A stretch of DNA of 64,000 nt, from contig JAQTQQ010000003.1 of NCBI GenBank assembly GCA_028712175.1, positions 7,093-71,092 on the forward strand, in the 5' to 3' direction. Source of the DNA: Candidatus Omnitrophota bacterium (GTDB taxonomy: Bacteria; Omnitrophota; Gorgyraeia; Gygaellales; Profunditerraquicolaceae). This document shows, one piece after another, positions 19,154-28,823 of this stretch (within the stretch, counting starts at the first letter, position 1; each line of letters starts with the position of its first letter). A program made the position numbers and the translations under genes. Under the pieces are notes generated by a model. It saw only the letters and a program-made list of their open reading frames with translations, made no database searches and had not been told where the DNA came from.

Positions 19154-20743
19154 ATGGAGGCAATTATGAATAAATTGCTAAGAAGTTTGGGATTGATTAG
19201 TTTTTTTCTCTTTTTTTCTTTGGTTCTTGCTTTTGCCGAAGAGATAACCATTACTACTTACTATCCTTCGCCATACGGCAGCTACCGGGAATTAAGGTCA
19301 ACCAGAGTCGCTATCGGGGATAACTATATTGACGGTGCTGCCTATACCTGGGAGGCAACAAACGGTGACGGAGGAGAGGTTGATTATCTGGCGGATCTTG
19401 TGGTTGAAGGCAACGTGGGTATTGGTACGGCTAACCCTGTGGCAAAACTCGATATCTTTGATAATAGCGCTACTGGTTTTGGGGAAAAACTGGCGCTGCG
19501 CAGATCCGGGGCCGGCCAGGTGGGTTTGAGTTTCCAGCAAAACGGAGTCACAGCTTTTGGTATTGTTGCCAGATCCGGCGCAGGCAGCGGCTTAGCTTTT
19601 GTCGATAACTTCTATGAAGCCAGTGCCGGAAATGAGCGCATGAGGATTCTTAGCAATGGTAATGTCGGTATCGGGACTTCTGCTCCGGCTCAAAGATTGG
19701 AAGTTACCGGTGATGGGATAATTAGCAATCGTTTACGTATAGGTGTTCTGCCTTTTAATGATGATGCAGTTTTTAGCGGTAGTTCTTCTACGGGGTTGCG
19801 CGTAGTAGATAGATTGCTTTATGTAGGGCCTCAAACAGCCAATCTTCCTCAAGGAAATGGTAATCCTAACTATGCATGGATTGCTGCTGGAAATGCTGCG
19901 GGCTGTAATTGGGGCAATCGTAGATACGGTGTTTTTGGGGTTGGTACCACAGCAGGTGTTTATGGGCAAGGCTTTGGAGACATGGTGGCAGGGTGGCATG
20001 CTGGTGGTTTGGGATACGCAGATCCGGGTGGCGCATTTTATTCCGGTGTATATGGAAATATGGGTATAGGCGGATATGGGGGTTATTTTGTTGGGCCGGT
20101 GTATATATCCGGTAATACCGGTATCGGCATAGCAAATCCGCGTTCAAAATTGGATGTTGTCGGCGGTGTGCGGACAAGCAAAGGGGATCCTACCCCGGCT
20201 TCTAATGGTGCGAATGTCGGGTTTTCATTTGAGCAAGACGGAGACACCGGAATGTTTGCAATAGGGGGATCTTCTCATACCGGCAGTGATCTTGTTTTTA
20301 AACTTGATGCAAGCGAGGCAATGAGGATTAAAACTTCTACGGGGAGGGTCGGTATTGGGGTTACGGATCCGGGTTCCTATCAGCTCTATGTTAACGGCAG
20401 CGCTTATGCTACTGGAGGGTGGCATGCTCCTTCAGATATGAGATATAAGAAAAACGTAGGTAATATTAATAATCCTCTTGAAAAGTTGTCAAAAGTTAGA
20501 GGGGTGTCTTTTGAATGGAAAACTGATGAATATAAAGATAAAAAGTTTTCTTCCGGGAGGCATTATGGCGTTATCGCTCAGGAGATAGAGAAGGTTATGC
20601 CGGAGGTCGTTAAAGAAGGTGCTGATGGTGAAAAGGCAGTTTCTTATGTTGAAATTGTGCCTGTTCTTATTGAGGCAATCAAGGCCCAGCAGCAGGAGAT
20701 TGATGCCTTAAAGCAGGAAATGGCTAAGTTAAAAGCTAAGTAA
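19154..20743 (+). CDS. secreted tail-fibre-like repeat protein with C-terminal intramolecular chaperone (peptidase S74-type) auto-processing domain
   Basis: 529 aa. Signal peptide MNKLLRSLGLISFFLFFSLVLAFA. Four copies of a G(N/R)xGIG(T/I)xxP…KLD motif (GNVGIGTANPVAKLD, GNVGIGTSAPAQRLE, GNTGIGIANPRSKLD, GRVGIGVTDPGSYQL). The C-terminal roughly 100 aa (PSDMRYKKNV…AIKAQQQEIDALKQEMAKLKAK) match the endosialidase/tail-spike chaperone domain, including its Ser-Asp-x-Arg-x-Lys autocleavage site. Confidence 0.7.
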   Translation: MEAIMNKLLRSLGLISFFLFFSLVLAFAEEITITTYYPSPYGSYRELRSTRVAIGDNYIDGAAYTWEATNGDGGEVDYLADLVVEGNVGIGTANPVAKLDIFDNSATGFGEKLALRRSGAGQVGLSFQQNGVTAFGIVARSGAGSGLAFVDNFYEASAGNERMRILSNGNVGIGTSAPAQRLEVTGDGIISNRLRIGVLPFNDDAVFSGSSSTGLRVVDRLLYVGPQTANLPQGNGNPNYAWIAAGNAAGCNWGNRRYGVFGVGTTAGVYGQGFGDMVAGWHAGGLGYADPGGAFYSGVYGNMGIGGYGGYFVGPVYISGNTGIGIANPRSKLDVVGGVRTSKGDPTPASNGANVGFSFEQDGDTGMFAIGGSSHTGSDLVFKLDASEAMRIKTSTGRVGIGVTDPGSYQLYVNGSAYATGGWHAPSDMRYKKNVGNINNPLEKLSKVRGVSFEWKTDEYKDKKFSSGRHYGVIAQEIEKVMPEVVKEGADGEKAVSYVEIVPVLIEAIKAQQQEIDALKQEMAKLKAK

Positions 20744-20824
20744 TAGCAATATTAGGAATTACAGCTTTGTTATTTTCTTAACAAATTTGTTGAAATTCTC
20801 TAATAAATAACATTGTTAGATTTT

Positions 20825-20870
20825 ATCCCCCTGATACGTCTATTAGCGTAGAAAGGGGGATTTTTATTGT
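20825..20870 (+). terminator. Rho-independent terminator after tail-fibre-like gene
   Basis: An 8-bp stem atccccct / agggggat flanks a 21-nt loop and is followed by the T-tract tttttattgttt. Confidence 0.6.
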
Positions 20871-20899
20871 TTGACAGTGGTAATGGTGAGGGTTATAAT
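20871..20899 (+). promoter_or_regulatory. consensus sigma70-type promoter upstream of recA (TTGACA-17-TATAAT)
   Basis: TTGACA at 20871-20876, an exact 17-nt spacer, and TATAAT at 20894-20899. Confidence 0.7.
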
Positions 20900-20974
20900 A
20901 TTAAATCTAAAAACTTTAAAATTGCCTATCTGCTAAGCAGGTATGACTGCCGCAGGTAGCCAGGGAGGATTTAA

Positions 20975-22006
20975 ATGGTAATTGATAAGAAAAAAGAAAA
21001 AGAAGAGGGAAAAGATACTTCCGATCGTCATAAGGCTTTGGAGCTTGCGCTTGCTCAGATTGAAAAGCAGTTTGGTAAGGGGTCGATTATGAAGCTGGGC
21101 GCACACGTAAAGGCCAATGTTGAAACCATTTCAACAGGCGCGCTTACCCTTGATCTGGCTTTAGGTGTAGGGGGGCTTCCCCGAGGAAGAGTAATTGAAA
21201 TATTTGGTCCGGAGGCCAGTGGGAAAACCACATTAACTTTGACCGCGATAAGGGAAATCCAGAAAAAAGGGGGAGTGGCTGCTTTTATCGATGCCGAGCA
21301 TGCATTTGATTCGACTTATGCCAAGATAATCGGTGTAAATTTAGATGACCTTCTAATCTCTCAACCGGATACCGGTGAACAGGCATTAGAGATCGCCGAA
21401 ACCTTGGTGCGTTCCAATGCCGTAGATTTGGTGGTTGTTGATTCGGTTGCCGCATTAACTCCCCGCGCTGAAATCGAAGGAGAAATGGGAGATTCGCATA
21501 TGGGGCTTCAGGCCCGCTTGATGTCGCAAGCTTTACGTAAGCTGACCGGTTCAATCAGTAAATCGCGCACCACAGTAATTTTTATTAATCAGCTGCGTGA
21601 AAAAATCGGCGTTATGTTCGGTTCTCCTGAAACGACGCCGGGTGGGCGTGCGCTTAAATTTTACTCATCAGTAAGACTGGATGTGCGTAAAATCGCTACT
21701 CTTAAAGAGGGCGACAAAGTTATCGGCAACCATGTCAGGGTAAGGGTTGTGAAAAATAAGGTCGCTTCTCCTTTTCGCGAGGCAGAGTTCGATATCCTGC
21801 ATAATGAAGGAATTTCTAAGAGCGGCGCAGTAATTGATGGAGCGGTAAGTTTGGAAGTAATTTCTAAAAGCGGTACATGGCTTTCCTTTGAAGATAAGAA
21901 GTTAGGCCAAGGCCGGGATGCGGCAATAAAATTCCTTAAAGAAAATCCAAAATTACAGGAAGATATTGAAAAGGCAGCGCGTAAAAAGTCTACCCTCGCA
22001 GAATAA
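20975..22006 (+). CDS. recA: recombinase RecA
   Basis: 343 aa. Walker [11 protein letters not shown] and the conserved [11 protein letters not shown] motif are present. A consensus sigma70 promoter lies upstream. Confidence 0.95.
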   Translation: MVIDKKKEKEEGKDTSDRHKALELALAQIEKQFGKGSIMKLGAHVKANVETISTGALTLDLALGVGGLPRGRVIEIFGPEASGKTTLTLTAIREIQKKGGVAAFIDAEHAFDSTYAKIIGVNLDDLLISQPDTGEQALEIAETLVRSNAVDLVVVDSVAALTPRAEIEGEMGDSHMGLQARLMSQALRKLTGSISKSRTTVIFINQLREKIGVMFGSPETTPGGRALKFYSSVRLDVRKIATLKEGDKVIGNHVRVRVVKNKVASPFREAEFDILHNEGISKSGAVIDGAVSLEVISKSGTWLSFEDKKLGQGRDAAIKFLKENPKLQEDIEKAARKKSTLAE

Positions 22007-22493
22007 GCCGCAAGGCAATGGTTTGCCTTCCTCGCGGCAAAGCCATAATATTGAAAAAGCCAGGGGTTACGCTTTTTTACTGCTCAAGTTCCGTTTGCGC
22101 AGTGAGGCTGAACTATTTAGCAGGCTCAAACAAAAGGGTTTCTCCGAAGAGCTAAGCCAGAGCACAATCAGTTTCTTAAAAGCTAAAAAGTTTATTGATG
22201 ACCGTATTTTTGCCAAAGGATGGGTAGTTTCAAGGCTCAAGCGGCCTTTTGGGTTAAGAAGGATAAAACAGGAACTACTCGCAAAGGGCCTGGATAAGGA
22301 AATTATTGACGGTACGCTTTCTGAGGCGAAAAACGGCTACGATGAAATTCAGGTGGCCGGCCAATTAGCCAGGCAAAGGTTTTCCAGGCAAAAAGGGATT
22401 GAACCGCAAAAAGCAAAATTGCGTGTTTATGCATATTTGTTACGCAGAGGTTTCTCGCCGGATATAGTAAGCGGTATAATTAAACAATTATGA
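21966..22493 (+). CDS. recX: RecA regulator RecX
   Basis: The RecX three-helix repeat signature ([27 protein letters not shown]…) is present. The ORF start overlaps the recA 3' end; the true start may be downstream or use a non-ATG codon. Confidence 0.7.
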   Translation: MKRQRVKSLPSQNKPQGNGLPSSRQSHNIEKARGYAFLLLKFRLRSEAELFSRLKQKGFSEELSQSTISFLKAKKFIDDRIFAKGWVVSRLKRPFGLRRIKQELLAKGLDKEIIDGTLSEAKNGYDEIQVAGQLARQRFSRQKGIEPQKAKLRVYAYLLRRGFSPDIVSGIIKQL

Positions 22494-25066
22494 CAGCTGA
22501 TGTTTTAAGAGAAAAATTTCTCGACTTTTTTAAGGCTAAAGAGCATAAGATTGTTGATAGTGATTCTTTGGTCCCCAAGGAAGACCCTACCGTGTTATTT
22601 ACTCCCGCAGGGATGAACCAGTTTAAAAAAGAGTTTATGGGATTTGATTCCGGGTTTAAGCGCGCTGCAACAGCTCAACGCTGCTTGCGCACGGATGATT
22701 TGGATAAAGTCGGTAAAACAAACTGCCACCACACATTTTTTGAAATGCTGGGAAATTTTTCCTTCGGAGATTATTTTAAAAAAGAAGCCATTTCTTGGGC
22801 TTGGGAATTTTTGATAAAAGAGCTAAAGATAGGCCCGGAGAGGCTAAGGGTTTCGGTTTATCAGGATGATGACCAAGCTTATAATATCTGGAAGGATACG
22901 GTAGGAATGCCTCCGGAAAGAATCGTAAGGCTGGGAGATAAAGATAATTTTTGGCCTGCCGAAGCAAAGGCAAAAGGGCCTAACGGCCCCTGCGGTCCGT
23001 GTTCAGAGATCTTTTATGATTTTGGCCCGGATATCGGATGTGGCGAGAAAATTTGTGATCCATCTTGCAGCTGCGGAAGGTTTGTTGAAATATGGAACCT
23101 GGTTTTTACTCAGTTTAACCGTAAAGATGGCGGCAGCCTTGAGCCGTTGCCGAATAAAAATATTGATACAGGGATGGGCCTAGAAAGATTAACTGCTGTT
23201 ATGCAGGGCAAGCAGAATAATTTTGAAACGGAATTATTTCAGCCGATAATTAAAGAGATAATTCGCAGACAGTCCCCTTCGCAGACAGCCTGCGAGAAGA
23301 AGCTTCTTTATGCTATAGCCGACCACATAAGGGCGGTTGTATTTTCAATTTTTGACGGGATTATGCCTTCTAACGAAGGAAGGGGTTATGTGGTAAGAAA
23401 AATAATCCGGAAGTCCGTGTTGCACTTAAGGAGCCTCGGAATTATCGAGCCTTTTTTTTACCGCTTAGTTTCAATAGAGGCCGAGATAATGCGCAAACCT
23501 TATCCGGAGTTAATTAATCAGCGGGAAGAGATTGCCCAGATAGTTTTGGCTGAGGAAAAAAACTTTATTTATGTGCTTAGTTCAAGCGGGGAGTTGTTTA
23601 AAAATAAGTTTACGGAGTTTAAGGAAAAACCGAATCCCGAAGCTGTAGGAAGCGCAGCTTTTCTGCTGCATGACACTTATGGGATCCCGTTAGAATTAAC
23701 TAAAGACTGGCTGGATAAGCAAAAAATAGATTTTTCGCAACAAGCTTTCGAAATTGCTATGGAGGAGCAAAAATCGCGTTCAAAGATAGGAAGTGCGATG
23801 CAGGGGGATGTATTTGGCGCTCCAAAGCTTGCGGTTGCGGGATTGCCAAAGACACAATTCCTCGGTTATGATCAACTTGAAACAAAGGCTAAAGTTATCA
23901 AAGTAATTATGGATCTCGATCATCCTGATAGGATGGGAGTTATTCTTGATAAAACGGTTTTTTATGCTGAATCAGGAGGCCAAGTCGGCGATATTGGCGT
24001 ATTGTCTATTGGGGCTAATGTTTTTTCTGTAATTGATGTTCAGAAAAGCGATGATGTGTTTGTGCATTGGGGGAAGTTTGCTAATTTTCCGAACAACGGG
24101 GATATTGTTGATGCCAAAATTGATGCTATCTATCGCATGAATATAGCTCGTAATCATACTGCCACTCACATTTTGCAAGCGGCTTTACGTAAGGTATTAG
24201 GAAACCACGTCCAACAGCAGGGGTCTTTGGTTGGACCGGAGAAATTGCGGTTTGATTTTACGCATTTTAAGAAATTATCAAAGGAGGAAATTTTAAGAGT
24301 TGAAGAAGTAGCCAATGCTTATATTCTTAACGAGTATTCAGTAGGTTGCAAGGAGATGCCGCTTAAGGAGGCAAAGAAGTCCGGAGCTTTGGCTTTTTTT
24401 GAAGAAAAGTACGCAGAGAGCGTCCGTGTGGTTAGCGTAGGAGGTATCTCAAATGAGCTCTGCGGAGGCACACATATAACCGATGCCCGTCAAATAGGCT
24501 TAATAAAGATCACTAGCGAAGGCTCGGTAGCTAGCGGCGTAAGGAGAATCGAGGCTGTTACTGCTAGGTTTGCTGAGCAATTTATAGAAGAGCAGGCTAA
24601 AAGAGATGCTCAAGAGTCAGAAAGAAAGAACAAACTGCAGGAAGAAAAAGACCGCCAAAAAAAGCGCAGCGCCGAAATGAGCGGTATAGTGCTTAAGAGG
24701 GTGCCTCTTCTTATAGAGAATGCCGCCAAGCTTAACGGTGTAAATACTATTTTTTCAGTCGAAGAAAATTTAGATATTTCTGCTTTACGTCAATTGGCGG
24801 ATATGATTAAAGATAAATTAAGCCAGGCGGTTATTGTTTTAGGGGCTAGAAATGAGAGCGAGAATAAAGTTTTCTTAGTTGTTTCAGTATCGCAAACTTT
24901 ATTATCAAAAGGTATGGATGCGGGCGAGTTGATTCGTCAGGTTTCAGGGTTTATCGGAGGCTCGGGTGGAGGTAGAAAAGATTTTGCCCAGGCAGGTGGC
25001 TCAAAGATAGAAAATTTAACGCTGGCAATTGATAAATTAAGAGATATAATAAATAAATTACTATGA
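22490..25066 (+). CDS. alaS: alanine--tRNA ligase
   Basis: 858 aa. Class II catalytic core (FTPAGMNQFK, editing domain HxxxH…C motif region NHTATHIL) and a C-terminal DHHA1-like domain ending GGSGGGRKDFAQAGG. Confidence 0.95.
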   Translation: MTADVLREKFLDFFKAKEHKIVDSDSLVPKEDPTVLFTPAGMNQFKKEFMGFDSGFKRAATAQRCLRTDDLDKVGKTNCHHTFFEMLGNFSFGDYFKKEAISWAWEFLIKELKIGPERLRVSVYQDDDQAYNIWKDTVGMPPERIVRLGDKDNFWPAEAKAKGPNGPCGPCSEIFYDFGPDIGCGEKICDPSCSCGRFVEIWNLVFTQFNRKDGGSLEPLPNKNIDTGMGLERLTAVMQGKQNNFETELFQPIIKEIIRRQSPSQTACEKKLLYAIADHIRAVVFSIFDGIMPSNEGRGYVVRKIIRKSVLHLRSLGIIEPFFYRLVSIEAEIMRKPYPELINQREEIAQIVLAEEKNFIYVLSSSGELFKNKFTEFKEKPNPEAVGSAAFLLHDTYGIPLELTKDWLDKQKIDFSQQAFEIAMEEQKSRSKIGSAMQGDVFGAPKLAVAGLPKTQFLGYDQLETKAKVIKVIMDLDHPDRMGVILDKTVFYAESGGQVGDIGVLSIGANVFSVIDVQKSDDVFVHWGKFANFPNNGDIVDAKIDAIYRMNIARNHTATHILQAALRKVLGNHVQQQGSLVGPEKLRFDFTHFKKLSKEEILRVEEVANAYILNEYSVGCKEMPLKEAKKSGALAFFEEKYAESVRVVSVGGISNELCGGTHITDARQIGLIKITSEGSVASGVRRIEAVTARFAEQFIEEQAKRDAQESERKNKLQEEKDRQKKRSAEMSGIVLKRVPLLIENAAKLNGVNTIFSVEENLDISALRQLADMIKDKLSQAVIVLGARNESENKVFLVVSVSQTLLSKGMDAGELIRQVSGFIGGSGGGRKDFAQAGGSKIENLTLAIDKLRDIINKLL

Positions 25067-26289
25067 AAATAATCCGTTTTACCAGTAAAAAATTAGAAAA
25101 AATTTATAATCGCGCCACCCTGCGGCAGGTTCGCGTTGAGGAAAAGGTCGCACGTATAATTAACGATGTGCGGCTCTTTGGCGATGAGGCGTTGATTAAA
25201 TATACGCGAAAGTTTGATAAAGTCAAACTAAGCTTGCGCCAGTTAAAAGTTTCACAGATTGAGATAGGCGGAGCTTATGCTAATATCAGCCCAAACTTTG
25301 TCAGTTCCTTAAAAATAATTATTGAAAATGTGAACCGGTTTTACCGCAAGCAGCTGCGTAAATCTTGGAGGATTAAAAGCCCGGAGGGGGTGGTTTTGGG
25401 AGAAAACTATACGCCTTTAGACCGGGTAGGTATTTATATTCCCGCCGGAACCGCACCGCTTGTGTCTACCGTTTATATGACGGTTTTACCGGCTAAGCTT
25501 GCGGGAGTTAAGAATATTGTTTTGATCAGCCCCCCGGATAAAAACGGCTATATTAATCCGCATATTTTAGTAGTTGCCGATTTATTGAAAGTTGATGAAA
25601 TTTACCGAGTAGGAGGCGCGCAGGGGATTGCGGCCTTAGCATACGGAACAAAGACTATGCCAAGAGTAGATAAGATTATCGGCCCGGGAAATATTTATGT
25701 GAGTGAGGCAAAACGCCAGGTTTTCGGTGTTGTTGATATTGATATGATTGCCGGGCCTACGGAGCTAGTGATTATCGCTAACCGTTTTAGCAACCCGGAA
25801 TTTATTATTGCCGACCTTCGTGCGCAGGCAGAACATGCCAAGGGCCTTGCGATATTAATTACCAATTCAAAGAGCCTGGCGAAAGAAGTAAAATCCCAGC
25901 TGGATGGCGACACCGGGTATATTATTCTAACAAAGAATTTAAAACAGGCTTGTGAAATAGCAAATAAGATTGCTCCTGAACATCTAGAAATATTAGTGCA
26001 AAATCCGAAGGCATTGGTTAAGAATATAAAAAATGCCGGTGCGATATTCCTTGGGCCGTATAGTCCGGTAGCTTTAGGAGATTATGTCGCGGGGCCAAGC
26101 CATGTTTTACCTACATTGGGCACGGCAAGATTTTTCTCGGGGTTAAATGTTTATGATTTTATTAAGAGCAGCCATATTATCAGTTATTCAAAAAAAGCGT
26201 TAGAGAGGATACGCGAACCGCTTGAGAAGATTGCTAGTATTGAGGGGCTGCAGAAACATTTGGATTCAGTAAAGAGCAGGTTTGAATAA
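25063..26289 (+). CDS. hisD: histidinol dehydrogenase
   Basis: 408 aa. HisD motifs (IGPGNIYVSEAKRQVFG, AGPTELVIIAN, HLEI) are present, in his-operon context. Confidence 0.9.
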   Translation: MKIIRFTSKKLEKIYNRATLRQVRVEEKVARIINDVRLFGDEALIKYTRKFDKVKLSLRQLKVSQIEIGGAYANISPNFVSSLKIIIENVNRFYRKQLRKSWRIKSPEGVVLGENYTPLDRVGIYIPAGTAPLVSTVYMTVLPAKLAGVKNIVLISPPDKNGYINPHILVVADLLKVDEIYRVGGAQGIAALAYGTKTMPRVDKIIGPGNIYVSEAKRQVFGVVDIDMIAGPTELVIIANRFSNPEFIIADLRAQAEHAKGLAILITNSKSLAKEVKSQLDGDTGYIILTKNLKQACEIANKIAPEHLEILVQNPKALVKNIKNAGAIFLGPYSPVALGDYVAGPSHVLPTLGTARFFSGLNVYDFIKSSHIISYSKKALERIREPLEKIASIEGLQKHLDSVKSRFE

Positions 26290-26378
26290 GCTCGTAGGCT
26301 CTATATCTCAGCCCGTAGAAAACCATTGCTTATTGTAATAATTCAGGGTCGATAGACTATAGTCGATAGTCGATAAAA
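26289..26378. repeat. intergenic element copy F (GCTCGTAG-type arm + AGTCGAT-type arm)
   Basis: The left arm is agctcgtaggctctatatctcagcccgtag. The centre aaaaccattgcttattgtaataattcaggg resembles the centre of copy C. The right arm is gtcgatagactatagtcgatagtcgataaaa. Confidence 0.75.
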
Positions 26379-26409
26379 CCAAGAGTTTATAGCTAATAAT
26401 AGGAGAAAG

Positions 26410-27027
26410 ATGGTTCAGAGGATAGCAGAAAAGAGGCGTAAAACAAGCGAAACAGAAATATTTATTAAACTGAATATTGACGGCTCCGGGAAAGCAAAAA
26501 TTAATTCAGGTATTGGTTTCTTAGACCATATGCTGGAATTATTTTCATTTTGGGGTCATTTTGATTTAGAGGTTACTACCAGTGAGGCTGATCTAAAAGT
26601 AGATATACATCACACAAATGAAGATTTGGGCATTGTGCTGGGGCAGGTTTTTAAGGATGCCTTAGGGGATAAGGTGGGCATTAATAGAATTGGTTCCAAG
26701 TCTGCGCCTATGGAAGATGTGACTGCAAATGTGACCGTTGACATCAGCGGTAGAGGCTCCTTTAAGCTAAGCCTGGCAATGCAAGGGGCAGGCTTGAGTG
26801 CGCCTCAGCCCCAAGACGGTTATGAGCTTAAATATGCCGAACACTTTTTTGAATCTTTTGCTAAACAATTAGGCATGAACCTCAATATAAAGATCGATAA
26901 TCCCAGTATAGATTTACATGCCACCTTGGAACCGGTTTTTAAGGCTTTTGGTATTGCTATGGATGAAGCCACTCAGATTGACCCGCGCAGAAAAGGGGTT
27001 CCTTCGACTAAAGGCGTTATTGATTAA
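26410..27027 (+). CDS. hisB: imidazoleglycerol-phosphate dehydratase
   Basis: 205 aa. IGPD motifs (DIHHTNEDLGIVLG, HFFESFA) are present. Confidence 0.9.
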   Translation: MVQRIAEKRRKTSETEIFIKLNIDGSGKAKINSGIGFLDHMLELFSFWGHFDLEVTTSEADLKVDIHHTNEDLGIVLGQVFKDALGDKVGINRIGSKSAPMEDVTANVTVDISGRGSFKLSLAMQGAGLSAPQPQDGYELKYAEHFFESFAKQLGMNLNIKIDNPSIDLHATLEPVFKAFGIAMDEATQIDPRRKGVPSTKGVID

Positions 27028-27644
27028 TGAAGATTGCTATTATTGACTATGGGATGGGTAATATTCATAGCGTGGCCAAGGCAGTTAGCCTTTATGGTGC
27101 AAATCCTCTCATAACAAATAAAAAAAGCGATATAGCCTCTTGTGATAAATTCATTCTTCCCGGCGTAGGGGCTTTTGATGATGCAATGTTTGAATTAGAG
27201 GATCAAGGTTTAGTTGAAGCTATTAAAGATCAGATCAATCAAAAAAAGCCGTTCTTAGGAATCTGTTTGGGCATGCAGCTTTTGTTAGAAAGCAGCCAGG
27301 AAGCTAAAACTAAAAGAGGCCTCGGTATTTTTGGCGGACAGGTAGTAAAATTTAGCCGAAAATCAGGTTTAAAAGTTCCTCATATGGGCTGGAATGAGCT
27401 TCAAGTGGTTCAGCAAGATTGTCCGTTGTTAAAGGGGATAAGCAATAATAGCCCGCAGGTTTATTTCTGCCATTCGTATTATCCTCTGCCGGCTGATGAA
27501 TCCATGATTGCCGCAACCTGCGATTATGAGCTTAAATTTGCCAGCGTTTTGTGGAGAGACAATGTTTATGGTGTTCAGTTTCATCCGGAAAAAAGCCAGA
27601 CAACAGGTTTAGAGATAATTAAAAACTTTGTTTACTTATGTTAA
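27027..27644 (+). CDS. hisH: imidazole glycerol phosphate synthase glutaminase subunit HisH
   Basis: 205 aa class I glutamine amidotransferase. Catalytic GICLGMQLL and HPEKS motifs are present. Confidence 0.9.
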   Translation: MKIAIIDYGMGNIHSVAKAVSLYGANPLITNKKSDIASCDKFILPGVGAFDDAMFELEDQGLVEAIKDQINQKKPFLGICLGMQLLLESSQEAKTKRGLGIFGGQVVKFSRKSGLKVPHMGWNELQVVQQDCPLLKGISNNSPQVYFCHSYYPLPADESMIAATCDYELKFASVLWRDNVYGVQFHPEKSQTTGLEIIKNFVYLC

Positions 27645-28357
27645 TTATACCGGCAATAGATTTAAGGGGAGGCAAGGTGGTCAGGCTTTTTCAGGGTAAG
27701 TTTAACCGCCAGAAGGTTTATTCCAGCGACCCGGTTAAAGTGGCCAAACATTGGGTAAGGCAGGGCGCGAAATTTTTACATATTGTCGATTTAGACGGTG
27801 CATCAAGCGGGGTATCTAAAAATTTAGATGTTTTAGAGACAATTATTGCGCAAACCGGAGTGCCTCTTGAATTTGGAGGCGGAATAAGGAGCATTGAGGC
27901 AATATCGAAATTGCTTAATTTAGGAGTAACAAGGGTTGTTTTGGGCACGCGTGCTGCAAGTGACGCGGAATTTTTAAGAAAAGCATGGCAGAAATTTGGC
28001 GAAAAGATTATTATAAGTATTGATGCCAAGGAGGGCAGGGTATTCACGGAAGGCTGGAACCGTCTGTCTTCTAAAACCGCATTGGATTTTGCAAAGGAGT
28101 TAAAGAAGATAGGTTTTAAGCAGTTAATTTATACGGATATTTCTAAGGACGGCACATTGTCCGGGCCGGATATGTTAGGGATTAAAGAGCTGCTTAAGGA
28201 AACCGGGTTAAGCCTTATTGCTTCGGGAGGAGTTTCAGATTTAAAAGATTTATCAAAACTTAATATGCTGAAAAAACGCGGATTAGCAGGAGTTATTATC
28301 GGTAAAGCGCTGTATGAAGGTAAATTTACTTTGGTTGAAGCGTCGAAATTTAATTAG
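27638..28357 (+). CDS. hisA: ProFAR isomerase HisA
   Basis: 239 aa. Begins LIIPAIDLRGGKVVRL and has a (beta/alpha)8 barrel. It sits adjacent to hisH. Confidence 0.85.
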   Translation: MLIIPAIDLRGGKVVRLFQGKFNRQKVYSSDPVKVAKHWVRQGAKFLHIVDLDGASSGVSKNLDVLETIIAQTGVPLEFGGGIRSIEAISKLLNLGVTRVVLGTRAASDAEFLRKAWQKFGEKIIISIDAKEGRVFTEGWNRLSSKTALDFAKELKKIGFKQLIYTDISKDGTLSGPDMLGIKELLKETGLSLIASGGVSDLKDLSKLNMLKKRGLAGVIIGKALYEGKFTLVEASKFN

Positions 28358-28371
28358 GAAAAGGAGGGGGT

Positions 28372-28809
28372 ATGGCAAAAAAAGTATTGTTGCTGGGTTT
28401 AGGAATAGTTTTTCTTTTCTCTTTAAGCGGCTGCGCTACGACCCGCAGAAATGATGAGCTATTGAACCAGGGGTTAAAGAATAAGGTTATGGCATTGGAA
28501 GCTCAGCTAAACGAAAAGGATATTGAAATAAATAATTTAAGGGAAGCTTTAGCGCAAAGCAACGAAACTTCAGGAGTAAAAGTCAGCAAGGCCAGCAGCG
28601 AGGTTAAGGAGCGCCCTACAGCTAAACAAATTCAAACCGCTTTAAAGAATGCTGGTTATTATCAGGGCAGTATTGATGGAAAAACCGGTAAGAATACCCG
28701 CCAGGCTATAAAGGAATTCCAGAAGGCAAATAATCTTTCTGCTGACGGCAGGGTAGGTAAAAAAACCTGGGCAGTTTTGAAGGCTTATTTAGATAAGAAA
28801 GTTAAATAA
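28372..28809 (+). CDS. lipoprotein with C-terminal peptidoglycan-binding (PG_binding_1-like) domain
   Basis: Signal peptide plus lipobox LSGCAT. A coiled-coil segment precedes the motif TAKQIQTALKNAGYYQGSIDGKTGKNTRQAIKEFQKANNLSADGRVGKKTW, which is typical of the PG-binding-1 repeat. Confidence 0.7.
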   Translation: MAKKVLLLGLGIVFLFSLSGCATTRRNDELLNQGLKNKVMALEAQLNEKDIEINNLREALAQSNETSGVKVSKASSEVKERPTAKQIQTALKNAGYYQGSIDGKTGKNTRQAIKEFQKANNLSADGRVGKKTWAVLKAYLDKKVK

Positions 28810-28823
28810 GAAAATAATAGTAC

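Noticed and set aside
17871-20870. Possible prophage (tail-fibre-like gene with phage-type C-terminal chaperone; excisionase-family HTH gene at 14445)
   Set aside because: No integrase, capsid, terminase, sheath or baseplate genes are present, and the flanks are core housekeeping genes (smc, recA). The Xis-like HTH gene is 4 kb away with no attachment-site structure around it. I treat this as an isolated domesticated gene or a small island, not a prophage.
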